A stretch of DNA of 64,000 bases. It comes from Octopus bimaculoides. Lineage: Eukaryota. Below the pieces are notes generated by a model. It searched no databases. It had not been told where the DNA came from and saw nothing but the letters and a program-made list of their open reading frames with translations. The stretch covers positions 11,007,657-11,071,656 of the forward strand of contig NC_068997.1 in the NCBI RefSeq assembly GCF_001194135.2. The letters are read 5' to 3'. A program made the translations under genes and the position numbers. Below, in pieces: positions 1-12,559 of the stretch. Positions within the stretch are counted from its first letter, which is position 1, and every line of letters starts with the position of its first letter.

Positions 1-1
1 T

Positions 2-171
2 GATAGCTGCATTACTCCACTCAGTTATTCTATTTTGAATACCGATAGGGGAGAGACCCCTCACGGTGCGGCGTGCTTTGTAATTGTTATCGACATTAGC
101 CAAGATCTCGAATATTGTGCGAGCCTCCTTCAACATCCGATTATTCAGATGGTCGATAAAGGTAATATAAA
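2..171. CDS. Possible coding exon at the window edge; strand and product unresolved
   Basis: CpG-rich 170 nt with in-register open frames on both strands. Plus: DSCITPLSYSILNTDRGETPHGAACFVIVIDISQDLEYCASLLQHPIIQMVDK, ending at AAAG|gtaata. Minus: FIDHLNNRMLKEARTIFEILANVDNNYKARRTVRGLSPIGIQNRITEWSNAAI, downstream of cattcag|. No family recognised. Confidence 0.3.
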
Positions 172-964
172 ATAGTACTGAATGACTGAAACTCATGAAG
201 AGATATGATGTCTGTTTCTATATATGCTTGATGAAACTAAATGGCATGATTTTTCCAGACAGAAGGTAATAGATGTCTGTAGACTGAGATATCTGAACAA
301 TAGTTATAGCTTAAAATACATGCAGAGTAGCCACAGTAAGAAAACTAGTCATACCCTTGTTTTTTTCTTTTCTTTTCAAGTAATACGAAATGGTATTAAT
401 GACATCTTCACTTAGAATTTACTGAGAATTAAATATTTTCAGGTTAATATTTCTGTTCATAATGGCTAATATTAGATCTCCGGCCGCATCAATATGTCCC
501 TTTAAATGTAATATAATACACACACTAATTTATAAACACGCGTGGAAACTCTCACGTATATATAAAATGTATGCATGTGTGTATGCATGCATGTTGTATG
601 TATATACATTTATAGTTGCATTTACAAACTTAATATATGTAGTAAATTTTATATTTTTTTTCTATTCACTACTAAATATTCCTTTTGTTGTAACCTTGTT
701 TCTTGTGTTTCGTTTATCAGGCAGCGAATATTTCGGAACAACAGGTATATTTAGTATAATGTAAAATTACACTCAACATGACATTTAGTAAAAATATGAC
801 AACAATAAGTCAACACTTGAAATAAGATGAGAAAAAAGTTTCTTTAGAAGTTTCAGCGTTTGCTAGGATATATGGCAACTGATAGTTTATTGGCAATAAA
901 GCAAGAAAAACAAACAAAACAAAATAATCGGAATATATTCAGTATTGCCAGCGGTAATGTTGAT

Positions 965-1130
965 AAGACACAATAATTTAAGAAACATGCTGGTGTTAAT
1001 GATACATCATTATCATCATCATCATCGTCGTCGTCACCGCCACCACCAAGAAAAACATTAACATAAATAGCAACAACATGTATACTAGCAGTAGCAGTAT
1101 TACTAGTAATGGTAATAATAATCATTATTT
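965..1130. repeat. Cryptic trinucleotide repeat tract (CAT/CGT/CAC/GCA/TAA)
   Basis: Directly visible degenerate trinucleotide runs. Confidence 0.8.
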
Positions 1131-2399
1131 CGTTATTGGCCATAAGACTGGTTCATCCAAAACTCTTACGAAACGGATAGACAGTATATAAGCAATATTC
1201 CGCTGTGTAAGTATTGAATGAACAAAGTTTGTCGAAAACGGAAAACTGCACCGAAAAATAGGTTAAACATGCTAAACATACAGCAGGGAGATTCTGCTAT
1301 CTAAGAAACACTAGGGCGTCTCACAAATACGATCAGATTTCGCTGTCACTAAATGAAGGATATTTTATTTAAAGATATCTGCCAGTGATATTTCCAATTC
1401 TTATTTCCTTGGGAGAAAAAAATGTGATGCTTTCTTGGCAAGGCAGAAATACATCTAATTGATTTTACTAGGCTGGTGCCAACCCCTCCAACAAAATGTT
1501 GTCGGGCTTTCGATCACTATATATTGTAAGACGTTGGCCATTCATGTTTCTGCCCTAAGTCCTAGGACGATGTACACTGATTTGTGTTGCTGTCAAATGT
1601 ATTGTTCAGTACGCTAAGTTTTCTTCTAGAATACTATTGTTTGTTTTTATTTTCTATCATTTGTTTTCGTTTTGTGTATACATTTATAGTTTTACTATTT
1701 TCGTCTCTCTCTGTTGGTGGTTGTCAGTTTCAAACTCGTAAGACTGTGAGTTTGAGAGACCACATTCATTAATAATTGGTTATACAAATGTGGGTAACCA
1801 AACAACAAGAAAGAGTACCATGCATTGGATATTTAGAGATAGACAGCACAGTGGGGAGAAATCAGTTGAAGTTTAAGTACTAACTATTAATAGTTGAACA
1901 CACGAGAACTTATTAGAAATGTTGAATGCATTTATAGCTAATTAGATTTTAATGGAAGGTTAGTGGACATTTGCTGGGTTGATTACACTCGAGCTTTTTG
2001 CCCATGTCGCTGATATAGCATATGTTTGCTGGGTACTTTTATGAGAATACATTTGTCGGTTGGGTAGGCTTAGGCTATTGCAAGTGGAAATATGATCTAT
2101 GCGTGTACATATGAAAATTATGTATTCATAAGTATGTGTGTTTATATTCGTGTTTTCTATATTGTTATATGGGTGTGTATACATGCGTCTCTGTGTGAGC
2201 ATAATGTGTGTAAACGCGTGTATATGTCATTGTGTACCGACTATTATGGAATGTGTAAATATGGAACAGCTTAGTCATGAAAATCTCAGTAGAAAAGAGT
2301 AAAGAAACCGATGAATCATTCACGGAGACACTTGTCAAGTGTTCTTACTCATTAGGTAATACAGTAGGTTTTCGAAAATGTGTGATCACATTTACAACC

Positions 2400-2666
2400 A
2401 GGTAACTTTGAATGAACTGCTTCGATTTAACTGCTTGGATTTTTCCCCATCCAGTCAATTTTGAGCCCATCACCAACGTTAGTCTTCGGGAAAAATTCCA
2501 ACCTTAGTTGATCTTTCATTTCCTTCTCTATTATCTCGTTGAACTCTAGTACAAGGTATTTGTAACCATCCATCTCAACTTGTTTAATCAAGTCTTTATT
2601 CAGTAATTCTATCCCTGTTAGGGAGTGTAGCTTACCTCTTTTTAGGTAGATTATTCCGTACTCCTT
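2400..2666 (-). mobile_element. R4/Dong-type non-LTR retrotransposon, decayed post-RT (thumb) fragment
   Basis: Minus frame from 2666 reads KEYGIIYLKRGKLHSLTGIELLNKDLIKQVEMDGYKYL-VLEFNEIIEKEMKDQLRLE and, after a frameshift, RRLTLVMGSKLTGWGKIQAV. This fits the KRGK..GI.L...YKYLG.LE...EY.RR..L.SKL.G.NKI.A pattern I recall for R4-clade elements. Not in the ORF track. Confidence 0.75.
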
Positions 2667-2803
<137 letters not shown>

Positions 2804-2939
2804 CCAGTAGTTTTATTTTTATAACGTGCTTTCACTTCACTACCGAGCGCAGCTCTGTGCGCCTTGGGTATGTGCTGTGGTTTGCTGTGGTGCTCTTATG
2901 TTTACTGTATTGAAAGTGTTTTGCGTAGAATGTGTGCAG
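2804..2939 (-). mobile_element. R4/Dong-type element 3' end, subfamily 1
   Basis: Minus strand encodes AHILRKTLSIQ* plus a ~95-nt 3'UTR ending aaaactactgg, followed by (TAA)n. Near-identical to 29517-29597 and 43563-43594. Confidence 0.85.
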
Positions 2940-3263
2940 NNNNNNNNNNNNNNNNNNNNNNNNNNNNNNNNNNNNNNNNNNNNNNNNNNNNNNNNNNNNN
3001 NNNNNNNNNNNNNNNNNNNNNNNNNNNNNNNNNNNNNNNNNNNNNNNNNNNNNNNNNNNNNNNNNNNNNNNNNNNNNNNNNNNNNNNNNNNNNNNNNNNN
3101 NNNNNNNNNNNNNNNNNNNNNNNNNNNNNNNNNNNNNNNNNNNNNNNNNNNNNNNNNNNNNNNNNNNNNNNNNNNNNNNNNNNNNNNNNNNNNNNNNNNN
3201 NNNNNNNNNNNNNNNNNNNNNNNNNNNNNNNNNNNNNNNNNNNNNNNNNNNNNNNNNNNNNNN

Positions 3264-3333
<70 letters not shown>

Positions 3334-3472
3334 GTTTTCGTTGTTGTTTCTTTGTTTTATACCAGTTGTTTAGTAAGAAAAAAATTAGAAATATTCATGG
3401 AGAGCAATTATATTTAAGGTGTATGTGCATTTATGGATATAGAATGATTGTCTCTGTTTTTAAAGATTGCAG

Positions 3473-3529
3473 GTGCGTGAGGTTGGAACTAGAAATACGA
3501 CGATATCTGACTATTTGGAGATAATTGGC
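3473..3529 (+). CDS. Candidate 57-nt phase 0-0 exon, VREVGTRNTTISDYLEIIG
   Basis: Acceptor tttttaaagattgcag|G, donor GGC|gtaaga, open frame. No homology recognised. Confidence 0.25.
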
Positions 3530-4760
3530 GTAAGAGCAGAAAGGCACTTATTGCACAAGTGTTAATCAATTTTTCAACATTTCTATGTAAAAAATGAGAA
3601 AGTTAAATATCTTGGTAACAGTTTCATCAACCGTTAATTAGATTATAGTGACTCGATCAGCACGTTTGCGGTAGTTTTCGTATACAGTGTTGCTGGCTAC
3701 TTGCATGTTGTTGTCTCTTTACTTAGGATGTGTTTGTGTCATAGAAGTTACATGATGGTCGGTGGGTGTATGTGTAGTTTTGTTTGGGTGTATACATGGG
3801 TGTGAGTGTCTGTTTGTTATTGCTTGATTACCGTAATGAAATATATAGATATGTAACAGTCTAGGAATGCTACTCTCCTTTACAAAAAAGAGGCAAAGAA
3901 ACAAACTATCAAACACGATTCGAAGGTAGGTGTGTGTAAAGTATTTCTAGTCTTTAGATAATTCATTGGAATGGGAGTAAAATTTCGAATCCGACATTCG
4001 ATACAATAAGTAGTCCAATAGATATACTTATTCTTAAGTAAGGAAAACATTCGTATAGTATATATTATAGAATTGAGTAGTATATATATATATATTTCCA
4101 GGAACGTTTGAAATTTTGTGATGATTAAGTGATAACAGCTATTGTACTGTGCGACCAACCAGAAAAAAGAAACGATTGAATAATTGCATGCATTAAATAT
4201 ACTTTGTCCCTGTTTTCCTCCCCATCTCTCTATGTCGGCCTCTCTGTCGGCCTCTCTGTCGGTTTCTCTGTCTCCCTTTCATTTCCCCCCTCTTTCTCTC
4301 CTTCTCTCTTGCATTCAGTATATAGCCGATGTGAAAATCTTGCTGTGAGGTAACTTATCATTCTGTTTTCCATTTTTTTTTGTTTCCTCTTTATTTGAAG
4401 ATTTTTGTGATTTTATCATCATTATAACGGCTAAATAGATAGATAAATATCAAATCGAGTTGACACAATTTTCACTCCTATTTAATGGAAATGGAGAAAT
4501 TAATCCCTTAGGTAGTCGTACAACGTTTCCCCGCTGTCATTTATTTCAGTAGATATACAAAATTGTAGGCAAATATATAAGCGGCACCAGGCTTGAAAGC
4601 GATTGACAGAAAGAAACAAACAGAAAAAGAAAACTGAAAACCGCATAACTCGCTTGCCAAGAAACAAAAAAGAGAAAACGTCCGAAATTTTGATGAATGT
4701 TTGATTTCGAATAATCGACAAACACTAACTATTGCTACTATGGTAGCAAGAACAAAAAAA

Positions 4761-4870
4761 CATTAATACATTCAACATTATTTCCCTCTCTGTATATCAT
4801 TCTCGCTATCTTTCCGGAAAGATAGCGAGAATGGCATAGAATGAAAAGAGTAATTTTGAATGTATTCATG
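4761..4870. repeat. 110-bp loopless imperfect palindrome with a perfect 36-bp core (4798-4833)
   Basis: Core cattctcgctatctttcc|ggaaagatagcgagaatg is a perfect reverse complement. The ungapped 55-bp arms match at 43 of 55 positions by my count. Confidence 0.9.
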
Positions 4871-5359
4871 ATTTTTATAAACGAGAATTATTAGTAAGCT
4901 GGGCCCTTAGAAGTAAAGGCAAGTTAAAAAGAAGAGATAGCCTAGGCGAAATATATCATGTAAGTAATAAAAGGAATTGGCACAAAATCGAATAATTAAG
5001 CAGAGAGTTTAAATGCAGAAGTTGCCAAGATTAGAAACATCTGAAGAAAAAAGCATCCATGATAAGCAAATTTCCAATTGCCACTCAAATCAGAAATGCC
5101 TATTTGTTATTCGCGTAGGAAATAAGTGTCAGGTCAAGGACAGACTAAATACCCCGGAGAGCAAGCAGACAATTTTAAATGTCGGGAGAAACTGCGTTGC
5201 AGTATTCTTTCAGACTGATTACATTCGCAGTTCAAATTCTGTTTCATGCTTACAAGGTCGATAAAATAAGTACAAGTCAAACTCTGGGTTAATATAATCG
5301 ACTTGCACCTTATGTGAAAATTACTGGACTTCGGCTAAAAATTAGAAAGAATTATACAT

Positions 5360-5575
5360 TCGACTAGGTTGCAGCATCGGTGACTTGTCAGATAAAACAC
5401 TTAGTTGCACATTCCCCTTTCTTTAGCCTATGAGTTCAAATTCCCGGAAGACAAGTACGATTTTCATAATTTCGGGTTCGAGAAAGTAAGTACCAGTTTG
5501 GTGCTGTAGTCGCTGTAATCGATTTCCCCCGTTACCTCAAATTTCTGTTCTTGCGTCTATAGCAGAAAGAGATAG
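5360..5575 (+). mobile_element. SINE family A, degraded copy
   Basis: tgagttcaaattcc (box B-like) ... taagtaccagt ... tgtaatcgat ... tail, collinear with the better-preserved family A copies. Confidence 0.6.
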
Positions 5576-5589
5576 TCCTAAAGATCACG

Positions 5590-5812
5590 ATATACGTTTC
5601 TACGCTAGACACAAAGCTCGAAATTTTAGGGAAGGGGGGCAGTCGATTATATCGACCCCAGTACGTAACTGGTACTTAATTTATGGACCCCGAAAGGATG
5701 AAAGGCAAAGTTGACCTCGGCGGAATTTGAACTCAGAACGTAACGGCAGACAAAATACCGCTAAACATTTCGCACGGCTTGCTAACGTTTCTGCCAGCTC
5801 GGTGTAATCGAC
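5590..5812 (-). mobile_element. tRNA-derived SINE family A
   Basis: Minus: gagctggcagaaacgttagc ... ctgagttcaaattccgccgaggtcaactttgcctttcatcctttcggggtcc ... ttaagtaccagttacgtactggggtcgat. The core resembles the Meta-SINE domain as I recall it (unverified). Confidence 0.9.
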
Positions 5813-5862
5813 TGGCTGCCTGCCCCAAGATATCGCATCTTGTGCCTAGAGTAGAAAAGAGT
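5813..5862 (+). mobile_element. SINE family A 3' tail fragment
   Basis: tgtaatcgact ... cttgtgcctagagtagaaaaga matches the tail of the copy at 11565-11610. Confidence 0.65.
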
Positions 5863-7035
5863 ATTGAGTTGGGAAGTGAATGAACGATTCGAATATTTAG
5901 CGAGGTTTCCAAATCCGTTGTTAACATTCTAATCGATCGGCAGCAATTTTAATGTCCTGAAATGTATCTTTCTGTATTCCTTTTTTAAAGATAATACACA
6001 TTTTCTTTTCCACTGCCGAAGATTCAAATAACATTTTCTTGTTTGCTTCTGTTTGGAAAATATTTATATTATTGCTTATGAAACTGCTATATTGAAAGAA
6101 ATGTATTCTGCAATGTATCATGTGCCAAGTAAAGTTATAGAATATGGACCCATATACACTTCAAGGCTAACTTAAATAACTGCCATCCAACACTTTCTAT
6201 CGGTATTCCACTGATGTGATAGATTTATTTCTGCTATTCTTCACACCGCATCGACCCTCTAAAGTATGCACTTATATGATGCACAAATATTGTATCACGT
6301 TATACATGAAACTGCACAATGATATCGCACAAAATCGTCATTATTCACTGTTCCAATCAACACAAACTATTCTATATCCGTATCCAGAATCTAGTGAACC
6401 AAATCAACTCGCTATATAACATACATGCTCAAAATTATACGCGTAGATCACCTTATTTAATGCTATTTCTTTGTTGATGATTTGCAAACAAATAATAGAA
6501 ATTTTCATCTAGAGTAGAGCAGCAATCAAACGATAATGGCTTTTGCTTGGTATGAATTCAGCATTCCACGGAAATAACTCTACAGCGAAGAATAACATAC
6601 CGCACAAAGATAGAATTAACAACTAAATCCCCCAGTGAAACATATATCACTCTTAAATGCAGCACGAATCCAATTAGGATTTGCTCTGATGCTTAGTACG
6701 CTTCTCCCTATAATTAGTTTTATTTCTCGTAAAAGACAAATTGTCTTTAGTGACTAATCTGCTAATACGTACTAATAAACGATGTATAAATGGATTTCAC
6801 TTAGTTCACTTCTCGAACTTAGTTCACATTCTCTTACAACGCTAACAGAAACAAAGAAAAACTATTTCAATGAAATGTAGCCAGGTTGGTGAGTTTTATG
6901 TTTACAGCAACGTCGACGATAAGTCCAAATTGTATTATAAAAATTCCAAATCGTGTTAGCCTCACACATCACGTACTATACATTTTTTTAGTCGTAATAG
7001 TGTTATTATATTTAATTGTACGTTAAGATACTTAC

Positions 7036-7076
7036 CACTTCAAAGTTGAAAATTTTTTGTTGTTAAACAAAAATAT
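7036..7076 (-). other. Candidate 41-nt exon, UTR or phase 0-2
   Basis: Acceptor gcgtattgtttcag| and donor GTG|gtaagt. Only the phase-0 frame (IFLFNNKKFSTLK) is open. Confidence 0.3.
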
Positions 7077-8021
7077 CTGAAACAATACGCAACAAATAGC
7101 GTGTTATGCTGTCCCATGTTAACGTGTGAATTATTGTATTTTAATTCTTCTTTAGACCCTACGTTGGAGTTATGAGGGATTTGTACTTTACTTATACGTG
7201 TGAACTTAATATAACAACAGCGACAATTTGTTATGTTACTGTAATTTGCAATTACTTTTCTATTGTTTTCCTGTATTGTTTTTATTATCACATGACGAAG
7301 CAAAGCTGATGCAAACAATAGGATTTTGGCTTTTAAGCTGAAGTATTAGCGGTTCATGCTAAGTCTCTTCCACGGTGTGGACTTTTCAATAGTTACTATT
7401 ATCTTTTGATTTCTTTGCCTGCAGAAATCAGAATAATGGTGAAGACCGTCACAAAATCATTAACATTTCCTAACACATTCTAACATACATTGCTGTCTCC
7501 TTTCACAAATATCACATTCATTCTACAATTGTTTCCGCTTAGTCACCTTTTTGTTGAATGAGATTAGAGAAAACGTTCTTCCTAATATGTTGAAGGTCTA
7601 TTTTACCCGCAAGTAGAATTGAAGTCATCAGAGTAAACAAGCACAAAACTCGTGTGCTTCATTTAGCTGGTCTTGCAACGGAGCCCATAAGGACAAATTG
7701 TCTTTATTATTACTCTCTCTTCGATTGGGTGTAGTGTATTTTTAGCATCACGTATGTAACAATATATTGATGTCACAGTTTAAGCTTTCTAGCAGAGTTA
7801 ATGCTAAATTTTCTCATGAAAGAAAATAATATCCCGAAGCAATCATGCGACTTTAATCACAATCCGATATCTATCAGCTACTTAATTAATTGATTAATGA
7901 TGGAAGATATTCACACAGCACAAAGCAAAAAGAAATGGAAACATATTGAAGTTTGAAACAAATATAATAAATGCAAACATTGATTGTTGTCATTCAAAAT
8001 TATTACACTGTTCACACTCAC

Positions 8022-8300
8022 ATAGGACATGATTATTTCGAAGGAGTAGTAAAACACACCAAAATCTTTTCATCAAAGTGAACGGAGGAAAATGAGAAAC
8101 AAAGAGGCGATGCGGCGAGCTGGCATGAGCAGTTTCTGAGAGTAAACGGCGGATACAATTTACTGGTGATGCACTTTGATTAAAGAAAGAAATACATGCT
8201 GCCAGCATGAGGGATTAGGAAAGAGGAAAGAAATTGTGCAGGAGACTGACGCAGTTCTATCGGGAACGAGATATGAGTGATGAAGGTTGGCCAAGTGGTG
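8022..8300 (-). other. Candidate first exon of a minus-strand gene
   Basis: GC-richer block ending in CTAT|gtgagt at 8021. ATG at 8073 gives MKRFWCVLLLLRNNHVL (signal-peptide-like, phase 1). A CCAAT box lies near 8310. The 5' boundary is a guess. Confidence 0.3.
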
Positions 8301-8394
8301 CTAAGCGACCAATCGGGACATTCGGAGAGCGTCCATTGCCAGTTGCACTGACATTGCCGGAGTATCTAAGAGCTAACGCAAACACCCACCCCAA

Positions 8395-8455
8395 AACACA
8401 CAAACACACACACAGACTCACTCCACACACACATACATTCATATTCATACATTTC

Positions 8456-8489
<34 letters not shown>

Positions 8490-8493
8490 TTGT

Positions 8494-8542
<49 letters not shown>

Positions 8543-8555
8543 CATACATATATAT
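8395..8555. repeat. (CA)n(TA)n(TG)n compound microsatellite
   Basis: Visible; the arrangement is self-complementary. Confidence 0.95.
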
Positions 8556-9659
8556 AAAATATAAATGAGTAACAAAGATGTACAGGCGTCAATTCATTAC
8601 GATTGTTTCAAGCGACTCACTTAATTGATTAACGAAAACATTACATCAATGCAAAAAAGTCGTTTACTTCGGATGACTGCACAGACTTCAAACAAAAAGG
8701 ACAAACTGCTTAAGCATAACCAGATCACCAACGAAGCTTAAATATTTACATTTAATCTGCTGCTATATATTTGACNNNNNNNNNNNNNNNNNNNNNNNNN
8801 NNNNNNNNNNNNNNNATATATGGACATGGATGAGTTTTGTACTTTGATTTTTGATATGTCTTACAATAGAGTTAAATCATTTATGTTTGTATGCTTTTGA
8901 AAATGTAGGTCGAACTTCATGTAATTTGATAATGTAATATTTTCACTCCCATTATTAAGATGCGGAAATATAAAAATAGAATACCGCCTCCATAGAAATT
9001 TTCTACGCCTGAACATAGATTTTAGTAAATATATTGACGGAACATAACTTCATAAATGCTTCGAAATGTACCACGTGTATGTGAAAATAATTTAATTTTG
9101 TTTGTGAATGAATAATCTGTAAACCTAAAGAAGGTAATTCGATTAGAGCAAACAGTTACATACTGACACTCTTTTGATATCTGTAAATCGTAATAAAACA
9201 CTAATGACAGTCTGTATAATGGTAAATCTGGAAGCTCACAGCAAAGATTAGCGCTAAAAATGTAGTTTTGAAGATGAATTATTGATGATTCACAGGTTTG
9301 TACGTAAATACACTATTATACTCAACTTGATTGAACGCTTGGAGTAATAAGTGATAAATCATATTTTATGATCTTTATTTAGCAGACATTCAGCTAGTGC
9401 TGGTGGAAATGTAAGTGAAAACGAAATAGTCAAGTATTTATGTTGACTTTATTTTGTTTCACCTTGCACAAACAAACGCGCGCACGCGAGTGTGGAGGTG
9501 CATACGCACACACTCGCACACATATTTTGCTAACCTCATGAGAATTCTATTAAATTTCGAGACAACGTGAAATAATTCTCTTTCGAATATTGGTCTCCAA
9601 TCACAAATAAACTTATAAATAATAGTATATAAATATTGGTTAGGGAAAAAAATGTTTTC

Positions 9660-9945
9660 GCACGGGCAGCTTTCGTATACCAAAAGTAACATTGAAAATA
9701 CAGGACAGAAGGATGGGGCTAGCTGGACACTGCATCAGACACACCGATGCAATTGCTAACAGGCTAGTGTTCTGGCAACCAACGAAAGGAAGAACCAGGA
9801 GACGAAGAAGGAAGACGATCTATATCGACAACTTGGTGGAAGATACTGGCATGGAAGAAGTAAATGAGCTGAGGACCATTATCGAAGATCGAGATGAATG
9901 GGGAAAACGTGTGGAAACCGTTTTGGAGCGTCCTGTGGGACGACC

Positions 9946-9952
<7 letters not shown>
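9660..9952 (+). mobile_element. 5'-truncated RTE-X-like LINE, ORF C-terminus
   Basis: PKVTLKIQDRRMGLAGHCIRH...LVFWQPTKGR...TIYIDNLVEDTG...EDRDEW, the RR.LAGHC.RH / W.P..G / YID.L..D pattern of RTE/RTE-X C-termini. The stop codon is the first TAG of the (TAGA)n tail. Confidence 0.85.
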
Positions 9953-10006
<54 letters not shown>

Positions 10007-10007
10007 G

Positions 10008-10060
<53 letters not shown>

Positions 10061-10061
10061 A
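9948..10061. repeat. (TAGA)n microsatellite, LINE 3' tail
   Basis: Visible, contiguous with the LINE stop codon. Confidence 0.95.
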
Positions 10062-10109
10062 TAGAAGATGGAATTGTTAGAACTATTTCGATTTCATTGA
10101 GTCCATTTC

Positions 10110-10240
10110 GATTTTATTCAATATATTCCCCTTACTCACATGCTTACTGCAACGGCCCTTCTGTGAAAGAACTCGAAAATTTGGCCTCCAACCAAATGTT
10201 TCGCGATACCCTTAGAGCCGGGAACTTTTTTCACACTTCG
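10110..10240 (-). mobile_element. Mariner-derived short element
   Basis: Minus: TA-cgaagtgtgaaaaaagttcccggctct (mariner-like TIR end) and RCSKHVSKGEYIE*, resembling the mariner transposase C-terminal GEY.E* motif. The opposite TIR is not evident. Confidence 0.6.
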
Positions 10241-11564
10241 TATGCATGCATGTATGCATGTATGATATATTGGGTAAAGTACGTTGAGTACTAATCGACA
10301 ACAGTATATCGATCAGCAATCGCAGCTTATTCATTGATGTTTTCATAAAGATCATATCAAAGAGATTGTTCTTAACAAAGGCAGGTTTCACTCTATTTCA
10401 TCTCAAGCTTTTCGAGCTTCAACGTATATGTGGATAGAGGTATAAAAAGCGTATATTTCTATAAAAGTGACAAATTTGCGTAAATGTTCATCCTCTTTTC
10501 TAATTTATGCTTTGCTTTTAAACATATTATTCACCAACTTAATTGCCTTGATTCAATTCTTAAATTCACTTAATTTTGCGGGGAGCTTCATATATTTTCC
10601 TGAATCTGAAAGCTTTCTCAGTGCTTACAAGGTGATCAAACTAGCGCCTAAATATTCTGAACAATATCTCAATGGAATGTAAACTCAATTGTGGTTTTGA
10701 AATATATTTTTGTGATACACATGGCAAACATGATTTTTTGTAGGCTGAGCACTAAAAGTTATGTTGGGAATGGGAGCTGCTAATACATCCGCAAATATAT
10801 TTATAAAAGGTTTAAGAGTGTTTTACAACGACATACAACACATGAAAATAGTTTTTCATTTTCCGGAATATATTATAAAGATCTATCCTAATATTTATTT
10901 CCATCGTTCCTTACGCAAATATTCCCTTCAGATTAATTCTAACGATGTTTTTTCTCGTTTGTGTTCTGAACAAACCTTACAGAAATATGATCATTTTACA
11001 CTGGAGATATTCTTATAAGATTAAATATAGAAATATAAAATTCATTTTTCAATAAATATTCTCAAATGTGTCATCTTCTTCAAACAACACTGGATTTTAT
11101 GATCCTTTCACTCCAACAAGTGAGTAAACATTGAGAATTGCATTTCGTCCTTTCTGAAGAATATTATCCAGATATTTTCATTTATTTCTTCTTTAATATG
11201 TTTCATATATTCTAAATTCAAACTTAAGCACAATCATCCTTCATATCTTAAAGAACGTTTCAATATTATTTAGTCTAATATATTACAAGTATTGCTAGTG
11301 GACATTCTACATTTTCGTTTGTGTGGTGAGAATGAAACTTAGCGAAAAAATATAACATACACATTTTTATTAAGCCGTTGTTTTTCTTAGAAACAATTTG
11401 AATCTTGAAATGTTGATAATGTAAACAATGAGGTTTATCTGTGAGTTCGTGTGAGAGTTTGTGTGAAAATACTTATACACCTATACAAAAGCACTTATAT
11501 TCACACAGGTACACCCCACACGCACTCAGACGAGTGCCCCCCCCCACCACCCATACACACATAA

Positions 11565-11736
11565 TTTTTCTACTCTAGGCACAAGGCCCGACATTTTGGG
11601 GAGCAGTCGATTATATTGATCCAAGTACGCAACTGGTACTTAATTTATCGTTGAAAGCAAAGTCGACCTCGGCGGAATTTGAACTCAGAACGTAAAGAGA
11701 GACGGAATACCGCTAATCATTTTGTGCTAACGTTTC
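11565..11736 (-). mobile_element. SINE family A with internal deletions
   Basis: Same head, core and tail motifs as 5590-5812. Confidence 0.85.
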
Positions 11737-11972
11737 TTATTTCTTTGTTGCCCACAAGAGGCTAAACATAGAGGGGACAGATAAGGACAGACAACGTGAT
11801 TAAATCGATTACATCGATCTTCAGTGCGTAACTGGTACTTAATTTATCGACCCCGAAAGGATGAAAGGCAAATTCGACCTCGGCGGAATTTGAACTAAGA
11901 ACGTAACGGCAGACGAAATACCGGCAAGCATTTTGTCCGGTGTGCTAACGTTTCTGCCAACTCCCTGCCTTG
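11737..11972 (-). mobile_element. SINE family A with an alternative 3' tail
   Basis: Family A head and core at 11805-11972. The tail (gtccttatctgtcccctctatgtttagcctcttgtgggcaacaaagaa on minus) differs from that of the neighbouring copy. Confidence 0.9.
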
Positions 11973-12559
11973 CCGTACACACATATCTATACATATATGA
12001 CACCAACATTTTCTGTAATTAATCATATTTCGATGATTGTTCGAAAGACAAGCGTTTAGGGATATAATTCATTGCTAAAGCCTGTCGTGATAAACAGATA
12101 GACATAAATTAATGCAGATTTGTTATCGTTTTTGGCAAGATGCTATGCGTTATGTAGACATCTGCAATAATTAATTTATTTTGGGTGAAAGTGGAATCAT
12201 CNNNNNNNNNNNNNNNNNNNNNNNNNNNNNNNNNNNNNNNNNNNNNNNNNNNNNNNNNNNNNNNNNNNNNNNNNNNNNNNNNNNNNNNNNNNNNNNNNNN
12301 NNNNNNNNNNNNNNNNNNNNNNNNNNNNNNNNNNNNNNNNNNNNNNNNNNNNNNNNNNNNNNNNNNNNNNNNNNNNNNNNNNNNNNNNNNNNNNNNNNNN
12401 NNNNNNNNNNNNNNNNNNNNNNNNNNNNNNNNNNNNNNNNNNNNNNNNNNNNNNNNNNNNNNNNNNNNNNNNNNNNNNNNNNNNNNNNNNNNNNNNNNNN
12501 NNNNNNNNNNNNNNNNNNNNNNNNNNNNNNNNNNNNNNNNNNNNNNNNNNNNNNNNNNN

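Noticed and set aside
1950-2030. LVDICWVDYTRAF resembling the CR1 RT motif VD.IY.DF.KAF
   Set aside because: Too short and diverged, with no flanking RT motifs.
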